A program made the translations under genes and the position numbers. From a virus: a stretch of 64,000 nucleotides of DNA. Below, piece after piece: positions 17,480 to 27,828 of this stretch. Below the pieces are notes generated by a model, which did no database searches, was not told the DNA's origin, and saw nothing but the letters and a program-made list of their open reading frames with translations. Within the stretch, counting starts at the first letter, position 1. Every line of letters starts with the position of its first letter. The stretch is taken from the IMG/VR virus record IMGVR_UViG_3300033273_000550, positions 38,013-102,012 of that record, one strand, 5' to 3'.

Positions 17480-17851
17480 ATGAACTTAGATAAAGAAATC
17501 TTTAAAGGAAAAACCCTATCAGATTTATTTAGCGAGATTTATGATAATTCAAAAGAAACTAAATCTCAAGTAAAAGGGCTTATAGGTGAACTTAAACCTC
17601 TTATAGAAAACATAGGTGATGCTACTTTACTTGTTCCTATGATTAAAGAGTATATGGAAATAGGAGTAAAAAACGACGAACACCTAATTAAGCTAGCCAC
17701 AGTAATACAGAGATTAGAGATCGCTGCTACTAAAGGTGAATCTGGAGAATTTGATTTTTCTGACCTTCAAGACTTATTAGAAGAGCAAGAAGCAATGGAA
17801 AACGAAGTAAAACAAATAGGAACCGGAGAGGAAGAGAATGCCGACGACTAA
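17480..17851 (+). CDS. Conserved helical protein (weak terminase small subunit candidate)
   Basis: Size, helical/coiled-coil character, TATTTAT motif upstream; function unverified. Confidence 0.4.
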   Translation: MNLDKEIFKGKTLSDLFSEIYDNSKETKSQVKGLIGELKPLIENIGDATLLVPMIKEYMEIGVKNDEHLIKLATVIQRLEIAATKGESGEFDFSDLQDLLEEQEAMENEVKQIGTGEEENADD

Positions 17852-18971
17852 TTTTTTTGCGACTAAAACAAGAAGAGAGATTGACTCTTCTACCCCTACT
17901 TATATAGTAGCAAGGGTACGAGATGTTATTCTTGATTCTACCCATCCTAATTATGAAGACCTAGGTAAAGACCAATCGATAGGTGTAATAAAGTACGCTG
18001 CTTTAGAACAATCACTAGCTACAGAAAACCCAGAACCTCTTCCAATAGCTTTTCCACTTAATTTAACTGTTAGAGAATATCCTCTGATTAATGAAGTAGT
18101 TTTAATACAGAGAGCTACAAGTGAAGAGAATAGTGACAGCGTAAAAAAAGATTACTACTCAACAGTAGTATCGTTATTTCAACACCCTAATAATAATGCT
18201 TACCCATTAGATAGTAAATTAGGATTAGGTAAAGACATACCATCATTAAAGAATCTAAGTAGACTACACCCCTTTCCGGGTGATTTTATTTTACAAGGAA
18301 GATTAGGACAGAGTATAAGATTTACCGGTTATAAACACCCTAAAAACTTATTTACAAATGATTCTAATAACGCTAATCCTATTATTAAGATCGTTAATGG
18401 ACAGTTTGAAACAGAAGATAGCACACAAACTACCGTTGAAGATATAAACAAAGACGGTTCTAGTATTTACTTTCTATCAAATCATTTAAGCTCTTTAGAG
18501 CAAGTTAGGGATAAAAGCAAAGCATCAAAAGTAGAACCAGTAAAAAGTAATAATTACAAAGGCAACCAAGTATTAGTTAATTCAGGTAGAATATTCTTAA
18601 ATGCAAAAGAAGAAGATGTATTAGTTGCATCTAACGAATCATTCGGTGTAACATCTAAAGATGTACATTTAGATGGAGAAGACTATATAAGTTTAGATGC
18701 ATTAAAGATATATCTAGGAGAAAGAGCAAAACTGTTTGAAGGAGAGCCTGTAATCAAAGGAGATTCCTTAGAATACTTCTTAGAAGCTTTAATTAAACAG
18801 TTAGAGAGATTAGCTAAAAAGCTAACTAAAGCAAATGCAATGGGTAAACCTATACCTTTACTTAATAAAGAAGGACCTGTGATGCAAGCTAAGATGAAAA
18901 ACCTACTTAGCAGAATAAACCCAGGAGGAAAGATATCAGATCTAAAATCTAAAAAGACGTTTACTGAATAA
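17838..18971 (+). CDS. Baseplate hub/spike protein (gp5/VgrG-like)
   Basis: OB-fold-like YPLINEVVLI; GRLGQSIRF and beta-repeat C-terminal half; baseplate context. Confidence 0.6.
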   Translation: MPTTNFFATKTRREIDSSTPTYIVARVRDVILDSTHPNYEDLGKDQSIGVIKYAALEQSLATENPEPLPIAFPLNLTVREYPLINEVVLIQRATSEENSDSVKKDYYSTVVSLFQHPNNNAYPLDSKLGLGKDIPSLKNLSRLHPFPGDFILQGRLGQSIRFTGYKHPKNLFTNDSNNANPIIKIVNGQFETEDSTQTTVEDINKDGSSIYFLSNHLSSLEQVRDKSKASKVEPVKSNNYKGNQVLVNSGRIFLNAKEEDVLVASNESFGVTSKDVHLDGEDYISLDALKIYLGERAKLFEGEPVIKGDSLEYFLEALIKQLERLAKKLTKANAMGKPIPLLNKEGPVMQAKMKNLLSRINPGGKISDLKSKKTFTE

Positions 18972-19813
18972 TGCCACATACTATATTCAAATTAGAGGAT
19001 GGCAAATTAGCCGGTATAGCAGCAGAGTTAGTAGGACAAGCTGAAGCTTATGTTGTTTCTTATGCTCAAGAAAAAGTAGAAGAAGAAATACAAAAGTTTA
19101 TAGAACAGTGTCCACCACCACCAGTGCTTAACGCTATGTCTAGAACTATTAATCAAGTTCAGAGAATTACTGGAGCTATAACCAATAAAATAAAAAAAGT
19201 AGAAGGTATTACTAAAAAGCTAGATCCACCTATCATAGGAGCTAAGATAATTATAGATATTTTAACCCACGTACTTCAAGCTAAACTAACCGCTATAGGT
19301 TATATCCCTCCTACCGGTGGTCCCGTCCCTGGAGTAATAGTACCAGAAAGAGTAGGTAGAATATTAGACCAATCTGCCAGATTACAATTTGCTTTAGATA
19401 CAGTCGATAAATTAGAAAAGGAAAAAGATGCTATAGAAGATATAGTCTCTGACAGCGGTAGTGTGTTCGATCCTATGAATTCTAGGTTAGATCAACTACG
19501 TCTTCTTATAGAAAGATGTATGCAAGATCAAGATTTAACTAAAGATGAAAGAGAGCAGATTCTTAACGGATTGAGAGTAGCATCTAAAGATAGTAGTGGA
19601 GATTTATCTGAAGCTTATAGAAGTGAAAACGGTAAGGTTTATACAATAGAAATACAAGATGTACTAGATAACACAATCGATGTACCAAGAAGAAGAGCAG
19701 TAGCAAAAGATTTTAGAGGTATTGTAGTTATGAAAGGGCCTGCTTCTTATTCAAAAAACTTAAAAATATTAAAAGACGAAATAAAATTTAGAATTGATAA
19801 TCAACTTCCATAA
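18971..19813 (+). CDS. Hypothetical virion protein
   Basis: Baseplate context. Confidence 0.6.
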   Translation: MPHTIFKLEDGKLAGIAAELVGQAEAYVVSYAQEKVEEEIQKFIEQCPPPPVLNAMSRTINQVQRITGAITNKIKKVEGITKKLDPPIIGAKIIIDILTHVLQAKLTAIGYIPPTGGPVPGVIVPERVGRILDQSARLQFALDTVDKLEKEKDAIEDIVSDSGSVFDPMNSRLDQLRLLIERCMQDQDLTKDEREQILNGLRVASKDSSGDLSEAYRSENGKVYTIEIQDVLDNTIDVPRRRAVAKDFRGIVVMKGPASYSKNLKILKDEIKFRIDNQLP

Positions 19814-19830
19814 CTTAACTATTTATTAAT

Positions 19831-20262
19831 ATGAAACTAGATCAACTACGAAAAATAATTCGTGAAGAAGTAAGAGCAGCTGTTAAGGAAGAGTTACAGG
19901 ATATGCTTAACGAAGCAGTTAAACATGCAAGTACACCTGACAAGCAAACCGCAGGCTATAGGGCAGTTAAACAAAAAGATTTAGCTAGAACTTGGTCTAC
20001 CGGAAGAATGAATCCTGGGACTGTACCTTTAGAAGAAATGCTTAACATGACTCAACAGTCTATGACTGGAGAGGATTATAAAAACATTACTAACTCGCAA
20101 GGAGTACATAAGCCTAACTTTGCTTCTAATATCGCTACTGATATGGGATTAACTGAACATGCAGGACCAATGCCCGGTATTGATATTACAAAACTAGACT
20201 TTGTAAAAAATGCAAAAGCAATTTACGATAAATCTTTAGAAAAAGATAGAAATAGACTTTAA
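19831..20262 (+). CDS. Putative internal head protein
   Basis: MKLDQLRKIIREE leader; TATTTAT upstream. Confidence 0.55.
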   Translation: MKLDQLRKIIREEVRAAVKEELQDMLNEAVKHASTPDKQTAGYRAVKQKDLARTWSTGRMNPGTVPLEEMLNMTQQSMTGEDYKNITNSQGVHKPNFASNIATDMGLTEHAGPMPGIDITKLDFVKNAKAIYDKSLEKDRNRL

Positions 20263-20672
20263 TGGCATTAGACGTTAAAAAGATAAACCCTTTAGATTTA
20301 CAGCCTAGAAAAGCTGTAGGTGTCGACTTACCTTTTGGCGGCTCTGCTGTATTTAATTCAACATATCAAACTAAAGATGCGATTAAAGCTAATTTAATAA
20401 ATTACTTTTTAACTAATAAACAAGAAAGATATCTTAACCCCGGCTTTGGAGCTGGACTTAGAGATTTACTATTCGAAAATATAGACCCAGATACTATAGA
20501 AGAGTTGTCTGATAAAATAAAAGTTGACTTAAAAGCATTCTTTCCAAGAGTTATAGTTACGAGCTTAGAGTTAACTCCTGAATATGATCGTAATGCTATT
20601 CTTTTTAGTATGAGATATGCTATTAGAGACACAAACATTCAGGATGAGGTTTCGATAAATTTTGAACAATAA
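20262..20672 (+). CDS. Baseplate wedge gp25-like
   Basis: LT.K.ER..NP.FG.GL..LLFE and FPRV motifs. Confidence 0.88.
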   Translation: MALDVKKINPLDLQPRKAVGVDLPFGGSAVFNSTYQTKDAIKANLINYFLTNKQERYLNPGFGAGLRDLLFENIDPDTIEELSDKIKVDLKAFFPRVIVTSLELTPEYDRNAILFSMRYAIRDTNIQDEVSINFEQ

Positions 20673-22468
20673 TGGCAGAAAAAAGAAACATACAGTACAT
20701 TAATAAGAACTTTGACGATTTTCGTTCAGCGTTAATAGATTATACTAAAAACTATTTTCCTGATACTTATAATGACTTTTCAAACTCATCACCTGGTATG
20801 TTATTTATTGAAATGGCATCCTATGTAGGTGATATATTATCTTTTTATCAAGATACTCAACTACAAGAAACCTTCCTAACTCACGCTAAAGATCCTAAAA
20901 ACTTATTTAATTTAGCTTATATGATGGGATATAAGCCAAAAGTAAGTGTAGTATCAGAAGCAGAAATTACTTTGACACAAACAGTAGATGCTGATGTAAA
21001 CGATCTTCCTGATTGGTCTCAAGCAGCTATTGTAAGAGAAGGATCTACACTTGAGTCTACCGATTCATCTCAAACTAAGTTTCTACTTAAGGAGACAGTA
21101 GACTTTACCGTAAGTAGCTCTTACGATCCTACTAACGTTGTAATTGCAGCATTAGATTCTAGTAATAATCCAACTTCATTTACTTTAACTAAAAAAGCAA
21201 AAGCAGTATCTGCAGAGGTAGCTACAACGACTTTTACTATAGGTCCGGCTGAGAGATTTAAAACTATTACATTAAGTGATGAAAATATAATCGGAATAGA
21301 TTCAATCACAGATAGTGATGGAGTAGAATGGACTGAAGTTCCTTTCTTAGGACAAGATATAGTTTACAATTCTGCCTCTAATGCGGGGTCTGATGCTAAT
21401 GTAGTACCTTATGAATTTACTCTAAAAAAAGTACCTAATAGGTTCGTAACAAGATTTAGAGCTGATGGCTCGTTAACAATACAATTCGGTGCCGGAACAC
21501 TAAACAGTGATGACTCAGAATTCTTACCTGACCCTACTTTAGTTGGTAACGCTACCGATAACGGTGTTTCAAAACTCGACGATGCTTTTGACCCCTCTAA
21601 CTTCTTATATGGTTCATCATACGGTAATGTACCAGCCAACGTAACACTTACAGTAAATTATTTAAAAGGAGGAGGAGTGAGTGCTAATGTACCTGCTAAC
21701 TCTATTACAAAAGCAGGAACGATAGTAGGTACTAATACAACAGGAGTTTCTTATAATAATACTAAACCTGCCTCAGGAGGTAGAGATGGTGATACTGTTG
21801 AAGAATTAAGAGAAAACTCTCTTAGAGCATTTAACGAACAAAATAGAGCTGTAACATTACAAGATTATGCAGTAAGAGCAGCAGCACTACCCGCTAAGTA
21901 CGGTTCAACAGCTAAAGTATTTGCTACACAAGAATCAATTAGCGCAACTAATAAAGACTCGGTTCTTGATAATAACCCGCTAGCGATATCGTTATACGTA
22001 CTAGCATATGATAACGAAGGTAAGTTAACTACTGCTACTTCAACATTAAAAGAGAACCTGAAAAATTATATACATCATTATAAAATACTATCTGATAGCA
22101 TTAAAATTAGAGATGCCTTCATAGTAAATATTGGTGTAAGATACGAAATACTAACTAGACCTGGATACTCTGGTAGAGACGTTCTTTTACAGTGTAATAT
22201 AGCTTTACAAGACTATTTTAAAACTAGTAAGAGAAGTATAAATCAACCTATTAATTTAGCTGAGCTTTATACCCTATTAGATAAAATACCAGGAACGCAA
22301 ACAGTACAGAAAATAGAAATAACTAATAAACAAGGAGGTAATTATTCTCAATATGCTTACGATGTAAAAGGAGCAACAAGAGATGAGATAGTTTATCCAT
22401 CATACGATCCTTGTATATTTGAGGTAAAATATCCTAACACAGATATAGTAGGTAGAGTAATTAAATAA
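20672..22468 (+). CDS. Baseplate wedge gp6/BplJ-like
   Basis: NDF..SSPGM..IE..SYVGD.LSFY.D, FG.G and QNRAVT.QDY motifs. Confidence 0.9.
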   Translation: MAEKRNIQYINKNFDDFRSALIDYTKNYFPDTYNDFSNSSPGMLFIEMASYVGDILSFYQDTQLQETFLTHAKDPKNLFNLAYMMGYKPKVSVVSEAEITLTQTVDADVNDLPDWSQAAIVREGSTLESTDSSQTKFLLKETVDFTVSSSYDPTNVVIAALDSSNNPTSFTLTKKAKAVSAEVATTTFTIGPAERFKTITLSDENIIGIDSITDSDGVEWTEVPFLGQDIVYNSASNAGSDANVVPYEFTLKKVPNRFVTRFRADGSLTIQFGAGTLNSDDSEFLPDPTLVGNATDNGVSKLDDAFDPSNFLYGSSYGNVPANVTLTVNYLKGGGVSANVPANSITKAGTIVGTNTTGVSYNNTKPASGGRDGDTVEELRENSLRAFNEQNRAVTLQDYAVRAAALPAKYGSTAKVFATQESISATNKDSVLDNNPLAISLYVLAYDNEGKLTTATSTLKENLKNYIHHYKILSDSIKIRDAFIVNIGVRYEILTRPGYSGRDVLLQCNIALQDYFKTSKRSINQPINLAELYTLLDKIPGTQTVQKIEITNKQGGNYSQYAYDVKGATRDEIVYPSYDPCIFEVKYPNTDIVGRVIK

Positions 22469-22470
22469 CT

Positions 22471-23589
22471 ATGGCAACTTATAAGCTTTTTCCTGATAAA
22501 GATACATTCATATTTACCGAAGTAGTAACCGGTAATGCAGGGTATGATGAAATATTAGAGCTAGGAGGGTACCCAATACAGGGTATAGGACAGGCTCAAA
22601 GAATACTTGTTCACTTTAAAGATAGTGAAATTACAAATGTTGTATCGAATAAAATCGGACATTCTGATTATAGTGCCAGTTTAGAGTTCAAACTAGCTTC
22701 TGCATACGAGACACCTGTATCTCATTCTGTATATGCATGGCCAGTTTACGAATCATGGCAAGGAGGAGTTGGTAAGTATGCCGACGATATCTTAACCGGT
22801 TCAGCAGATAAATCAGGAGTATCCTGGAGGTACAGAGAAGCAGAGTCTACTAACCCGTGGACGCTATCTTCTTTTCCTGTTAATGTTACAGGCTCTTATG
22901 TAAGTAGATACCCTGGAGGAGGAACCTGGTATACTGCGTCTAATGCTGTTAGTCTAGAAGCAACACAGAGCTTTGAAACAAATGACGATCTAGACTTAAG
23001 CATTAATGTAACTACAGCAGTTGATCTACACAACTCAGGTACTATTGATAATAACGGATTTTTAGTAAAATTTGACGATACATTAGAACATTTTACTTCT
23101 GCGTCAATCAGACATAAATTTTTTAGCTCTGATACAAATACCATATACCCACCTTCATTAACATTTAGATGGGACGACAGCTCTTATAGTACAGGAAGTT
23201 TGAATGTTTTAAGTACTTCAATTGCTGAAGTAGATATTACAAATAATAAAGGTGAATACCCAGATGTAGGAAAAGTTAGGTTTAGATTATTGGCTAGACC
23301 ACAATACCCTACAAGAACGTTTACAACAAGCTCTATATATAAAACTAACTACGCATTACCATCAGGTTCAACTTATGGACTGAAAGATGAATTTACAGAA
23401 GAAATGGAAATACCTTTTGATTCACAGTTTACTAAAATTAGCTGTGATAGTACTGGTCCTTACTTCGATATTCATATGGACGGGTTGCAACCTGAAAGGT
23501 ATTATAGAGTTTTAATTAAAAGTGAATTAGACGGCACAACAGCTGTTTTTAATAACGATAATGTTTTTAAGGTAGTAAGAAATGGCTAA
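22471..23589 (+). CDS. Virion structural protein (DNRLRE-like beta domain)
   Basis: DTFI...N.G.DEILE...RIL.F...NNGF.VK...P.L. Confidence 0.55.
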   Translation: MATYKLFPDKDTFIFTEVVTGNAGYDEILELGGYPIQGIGQAQRILVHFKDSEITNVVSNKIGHSDYSASLEFKLASAYETPVSHSVYAWPVYESWQGGVGKYADDILTGSADKSGVSWRYREAESTNPWTLSSFPVNVTGSYVSRYPGGGTWYTASNAVSLEATQSFETNDDLDLSINVTTAVDLHNSGTIDNNGFLVKFDDTLEHFTSASIRHKFFSSDTNTIYPPSLTFRWDDSSYSTGSLNVLSTSIAEVDITNNKGEYPDVGKVRFRLLARPQYPTRTFTTSSIYKTNYALPSGSTYGLKDEFTEEMEIPFDSQFTKISCDSTGPYFDIHMDGLQPERYYRVLIKSELDGTTAVFNNDNVFKVVRNG

Positions 23590-23944
23590 GGTACCTATTA
23601 GAAAAACAGTATTAAATAAAACTGAATTTGATAAATCAGTCGATAGAAGTTTTAAAAGCTTTGTAACTGTACAAGATGTTGAAGAGGTACAGACGGTAGA
23701 TGAGTTTTTTAAACTCTATAATAAGCTATATTATGAAATACCTATTGACGGAGATGAAAATTCACATGAGTTTCTAGTAAAAGAAAGTTCTAAGTTAATT
23801 AAAATAGAAATTACTAACGAAGAACTAGAGCCACTTTTGCAAGAAATATCTGACCTAAGAGCTCAAATACTACAGTTAAATCAAGCTGCAGTTGAAAGAG
23901 AAGAAGAGTTTAGTAATTTAGAAAGAGATAATGGCAATAATTGA
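23582..23944 (+). CDS. Hypothetical virion protein
   Basis: Coupled ORF in the baseplate operon. Confidence 0.6.
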   Translation: MAKVPIRKTVLNKTEFDKSVDRSFKSFVTVQDVEEVQTVDEFFKLYNKLYYEIPIDGDENSHEFLVKESSKLIKIEITNEELEPLLQEISDLRAQILQLNQAAVEREEEFSNLERDNGNN

Positions 23945-26900
23945 TTATAGTATATTACCAGCAGATCCTCAAACGTTAGATGCTTTTAATAGTACCGACA
24001 CTGCTATTGTAGAGTCGTTTGAGATAAATTCTGCTTTTAAAGCTTTTGAACATAAGCTAGATCTACATGTATATAACGTAGATAATATACTTTTACAAAG
24101 TTTTCCAAACTCACAAGGATACCAGATCTTAGGTGATAGTCAAACAGACAATGACGGAAATGCTGATGCTCTTTATATAGATCCTATTAAAGATGTAAAA
24201 GATACAGGATACGCCGGACAGGATATAAAATTAGTATATAACTTCCTAGACGATCTATACTCTGAAAATAAACTAGGGGTAACATTTTTTATTGAAGAAA
24301 TCTCTTCTGATGGAACAGAGCTTAGACTTCTTACCACTGGACTTTCAGACGAAAGAGTAAAAGAAATTACCGATAAATTAAAAGAAGATTTAAACAGCTC
24401 TTCTTATTTAGATTCTTTTGTTCTTAACTTTGGAGATAATAATTTACTTATTGGTGTTAATATAGATACTCAACCTTATAGAGATTATAACTCTGTTGTA
24501 GTTAAACTATATAACCCATTACCACAAGAGTTTGGTTTAAAATCCTTACTTACCATTCAAAGACAGGTAGCTGATTCAGTAGCATATGTAGTTAATTCAA
24601 CTTTCATACCTGATAAAATAAAAGTACCTTACATTAAGGGTCCTAATTTTAATGTAGAGTTAGAAGAAGATTTAACTAATCCCACACAGTTTTTAAATTA
24701 TAACGATCTTTTTAGCTTTCCAGTTTCAAATAATTATAGAGAACTAAACTCTCTTTTTGCTGAAAGTAGTATCCCAATAAGTATAGACTACTCTAACTAC
24801 TCTAATTTTATTAGATTTAGTTCAGCAGAAGAAAGATTAAAAAACTTTAAGTATAAGTTAGATTTAATTGAAACTTATCAAAAGCAGTACGACAGTGCTA
24901 GTAATACAACTGAAGCTACATTTTATTCTTCTAGTACTAATTACCATCAAGCAAATATCAATGGTATTATAAATAACTTCGATCATTACGAAAGATTTTT
25001 ATACTACAGTACAGGATCTACTTCATGGCCTAAACAAGCACCTTATAATAAACCATACACAGTAGCAACAGGTTCAGCTACCGGCTCTTGGTATACTGCT
25101 AACCTACTATCAGCTAGTAATTACGATACAACTAACTACTCTAAGTTAACCGATAGTATTCCAGAGTTTATTAGAAACGATAGTGCTAACAATTCATTTA
25201 GCTTGTTTACTGATATGGTAGGTCAACACTTTGATAATTTATGGATATATACCAAAGCACTATCAGATAAGTACGACGGTGACAACAGGCCTGATTTTGG
25301 TGCTGCTAAAGGATTGGTAGAAGACCTATTAAAAAACTTTGGAGTAAAAGTATACAATAGCTCTAGATCAACAGAAAACTTATTTAAAACATTTACAGGA
25401 GAGTTATACGATTCAGGTAGTGAAAGTTTAATAGGAGGAGCTAATATAATATCAGCATCTAATTCTCCTACAAGCGAGGAAGTATATAGACAGGAAGTAT
25501 ATAAAAGAATGTACCATAACCTCCCTTACCTTTTAAAAACTAAAGGTACTGAAAGAGGTTTAAGAGCGTTAATAAACTCGTTCGGTATACCTTCATTACA
25601 TACAAGTACTACAAATAATGCTCTACATATTAGAACTCTCGGAGGTGGAAATAAACTACAAACAGTAAACTTCGGATTAGAGAATTATGTTAGCTCGTCA
25701 GAATATAAAGTAAGGTTAGATGATACCGGCAGTATTGTATCCGGTAATACCTTATCTCTTTATACTTCAATAAGAAAGGATGATATAAAAATGGCTGACG
25801 ATATTCATAGAACTGATATCGGCTACTCACCATCTGATCCTGTCAATGATGAAATCTACGCTTACTATGCTTCTACTGGATTTAATATTGATGACTATAT
25901 TGGTGATCCAAGAGATGCTTATAAAAAAGAATACCCTAACTTAGTAGCAACAGGAAGCAATGTAGTCGAAGAATTAACAACAAGCGGCAGTCATGATTAC
26001 TTTGATTTTGTAAGATCTCTTAAGTTTTTCGATAACGTAGTATTTAAGACCATTAAAGACTTCGTACCTGCAAGAACAAGTTTAAGTAGTGGTATAATTA
26101 TCAAACCACACGTATTAGAAAGAAGTAAGTTAAAACAAGTAGAAGTATCAGGTAGTCAAAAACCTATAAGTTCTTCTCAAGCCATAGCCGATCAATTTAC
26201 CGGCAATATTATATTAACAGGCTCTATTGAAATACTTGATTTAACAGGAAGTTCTGGCGGAGCTTTTGGACAAATAAATTCTCTTAACCTATCTCAAAGA
26301 AGAGGTCCCGGGTACTGGTACCCTTGGGGTGCATTAACAGCATCATACGAAGAAGAGGTGATGACTCCTGATGGTTTAAGAACTAAAACTTACCATGATC
26401 ATGAAGAAGCAAGATATGATGGGGAACTTTCCGGCAGTCTAATTAACCCTGTATTATCACCAGGAGAGCTAAATGACGAAAACTTATTTAAAAAAGATAA
26501 CCCAGACGAGCTTACCTATATTATAGAATCAGCTTCTCAAGGTATTGAACCATCACCAACACCTACTCCTACTATTACACCTACTCCTACTATTACACCA
26601 ACACCAACACCTACATATGATCCAGGAGCACCAACACCAACACCTACTCCTTCTGAAACCTACGATAATAGTGTATTGTGTTTTAGATTCCTAGTATGTG
26701 ATGGTAACTCTGGTACACAAGTTGGTGATGAAGTCTGGATACCTCAAAATGTAAATGCATTCGGTGTCATAGGAGGAACAGGACCTGGAGTTATATGCGG
26801 TGGTAGTTTCTTAACTAATAGAACAAGCTTACCTGCTCAAGGTGAATTCTATCAAATAGTAAATAACCCGGTGTGTAGTAATGAAACAAGAGATGATAAT

Positions 26901-27005
26901 ATTTTTGCTAAATATACAGGTGTCACAGCATATAAAGTACCTACAGCATACTTCTTCGATGATGTAGCAGGACAAGAAGATTGTGATGCAGGAGGATTAG
27001 GATAA
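23931..27005 (+). CDS. Large baseplate wedge protein (gp7/P2-I-like) with C-terminal Pro-Thr linker and Cys-rich domain
   Basis: KTKGTERGLRALINSFG motif; PT repeats at ~26550-26655. Confidence 0.6.
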   Translation: MAIIDYSILPADPQTLDAFNSTDTAIVESFEINSAFKAFEHKLDLHVYNVDNILLQSFPNSQGYQILGDSQTDNDGNADALYIDPIKDVKDTGYAGQDIKLVYNFLDDLYSENKLGVTFFIEEISSDGTELRLLTTGLSDERVKEITDKLKEDLNSSSYLDSFVLNFGDNNLLIGVNIDTQPYRDYNSVVVKLYNPLPQEFGLKSLLTIQRQVADSVAYVVNSTFIPDKIKVPYIKGPNFNVELEEDLTNPTQFLNYNDLFSFPVSNNYRELNSLFAESSIPISIDYSNYSNFIRFSSAEERLKNFKYKLDLIETYQKQYDSASNTTEATFYSSSTNYHQANINGIINNFDHYERFLYYSTGSTSWPKQAPYNKPYTVATGSATGSWYTANLLSASNYDTTNYSKLTDSIPEFIRNDSANNSFSLFTDMVGQHFDNLWIYTKALSDKYDGDNRPDFGAAKGLVEDLLKNFGVKVYNSSRSTENLFKTFTGELYDSGSESLIGGANIISASNSPTSEEVYRQEVYKRMYHNLPYLLKTKGTERGLRALINSFGIPSLHTSTTNNALHIRTLGGGNKLQTVNFGLENYVSSSEYKVRLDDTGSIVSGNTLSLYTSIRKDDIKMADDIHRTDIGYSPSDPVNDEIYAYYASTGFNIDDYIGDPRDAYKKEYPNLVATGSNVVEELTTSGSHDYFDFVRSLKFFDNVVFKTIKDFVPARTSLSSGIIIKPHVLERSKLKQVEVSGSQKPISSSQAIADQFTGNIILTGSIEILDLTGSSGGAFGQINSLNLSQRRGPGYWYPWGALTASYEEEVMTPDGLRTKTYHDHEEARYDGELSGSLINPVLSPGELNDENLFKKDNPDELTYIIESASQGIEPSPTPTPTITPTPTITPTPTPTYDPGAPTPTPTPSETYDNSVLCFRFLVCDGNSGTQVGDEVWIPQNVNAFGVIGGTGPGVICGGSFLTNRTSLPAQGEFYQIVNNPVCSNETRDDNIFAKYTGVTAYKVPTAYFFDDVAGQEDCDAGGLG

Positions 27006-27015
27006 ATAAAATAAT

Positions 27016-27828
27016 ATGGCAGAACCAATAAACATATCTACATCAGCACTCAACCATTACAGTGGTAGTTACTCCCGAGTTGGTGGTACTAACAGAATAA
27101 TTGTTAGAAGAGGGTTGAACCAACTGTATTATTCTAACTTTAATACAGGATCTGGTTTAGTAGTAGAAACAGGAAGTTATGATCAATTCAAAAATAATAA
27201 TTTTGATAACTTCTTAGAATCTTCTTTTGCAGTATCTGGTTCTAGAATACTAACCGGTAGAGGAGCTATATACTCGATACCAAGAGAGTTATTCGGTACT
27301 CACATAGAGCCTGGTTCTATTATTATATCTAGCTCATATAGTAAATTAGTAGATGATAAAGAAGGTAATTTAAGGTTGGATACTGTAACAGGAGCAGTAA
27401 AAGGCAATGTAATTTATAGTCACGGACAGTTAATCATTACTGATTTTGATACAGCTAACTTCTATGAAAGTGGCTCTGACGGTAGTGATCCTGATAACGC
27501 TCCTGGTGCTGCTATAATTACATTTAAATCTAATCAACCTATATATACTTATAACTATAACGTTAATATATCTGATTACGAATATAACTTTACCACTAAC
27601 CCGTCAGCACAGACCGGTAGTACAGTTTTAACCTATTCAGGTAGTAAATATCAAAGACCAAGCGGTGTACTTGCTGATAATGTAACTGGCTCTAATTTCC
27701 AACCATACATTACAACAGTAGGACTTTATAATGATTATCAGGAATTAATAGCAGTTGCTAAATTAGCTCAACCGCTTCCTAAACCTGCTAATACAGAATT
27801 AACCATACAAGTAAGATTAGATATATAG
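27016..27828 (+). CDS. Tail-collar/baseplate structural protein, paralog of 29931..30917
   Basis: C-terminal YITTVGLYND..ELIAVAKL..PL.K. Confidence 0.65.
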   Translation: MAEPINISTSALNHYSGSYSRVGGTNRIIVRRGLNQLYYSNFNTGSGLVVETGSYDQFKNNNFDNFLESSFAVSGSRILTGRGAIYSIPRELFGTHIEPGSIIISSSYSKLVDDKEGNLRLDTVTGAVKGNVIYSHGQLIITDFDTANFYESGSDGSDPDNAPGAAIITFKSNQPIYTYNYNVNISDYEYNFTTNPSAQTGSTVLTYSGSKYQRPSGVLADNVTGSNFQPYITTVGLYNDYQELIAVAKLAQPLPKPANTELTIQVRLDI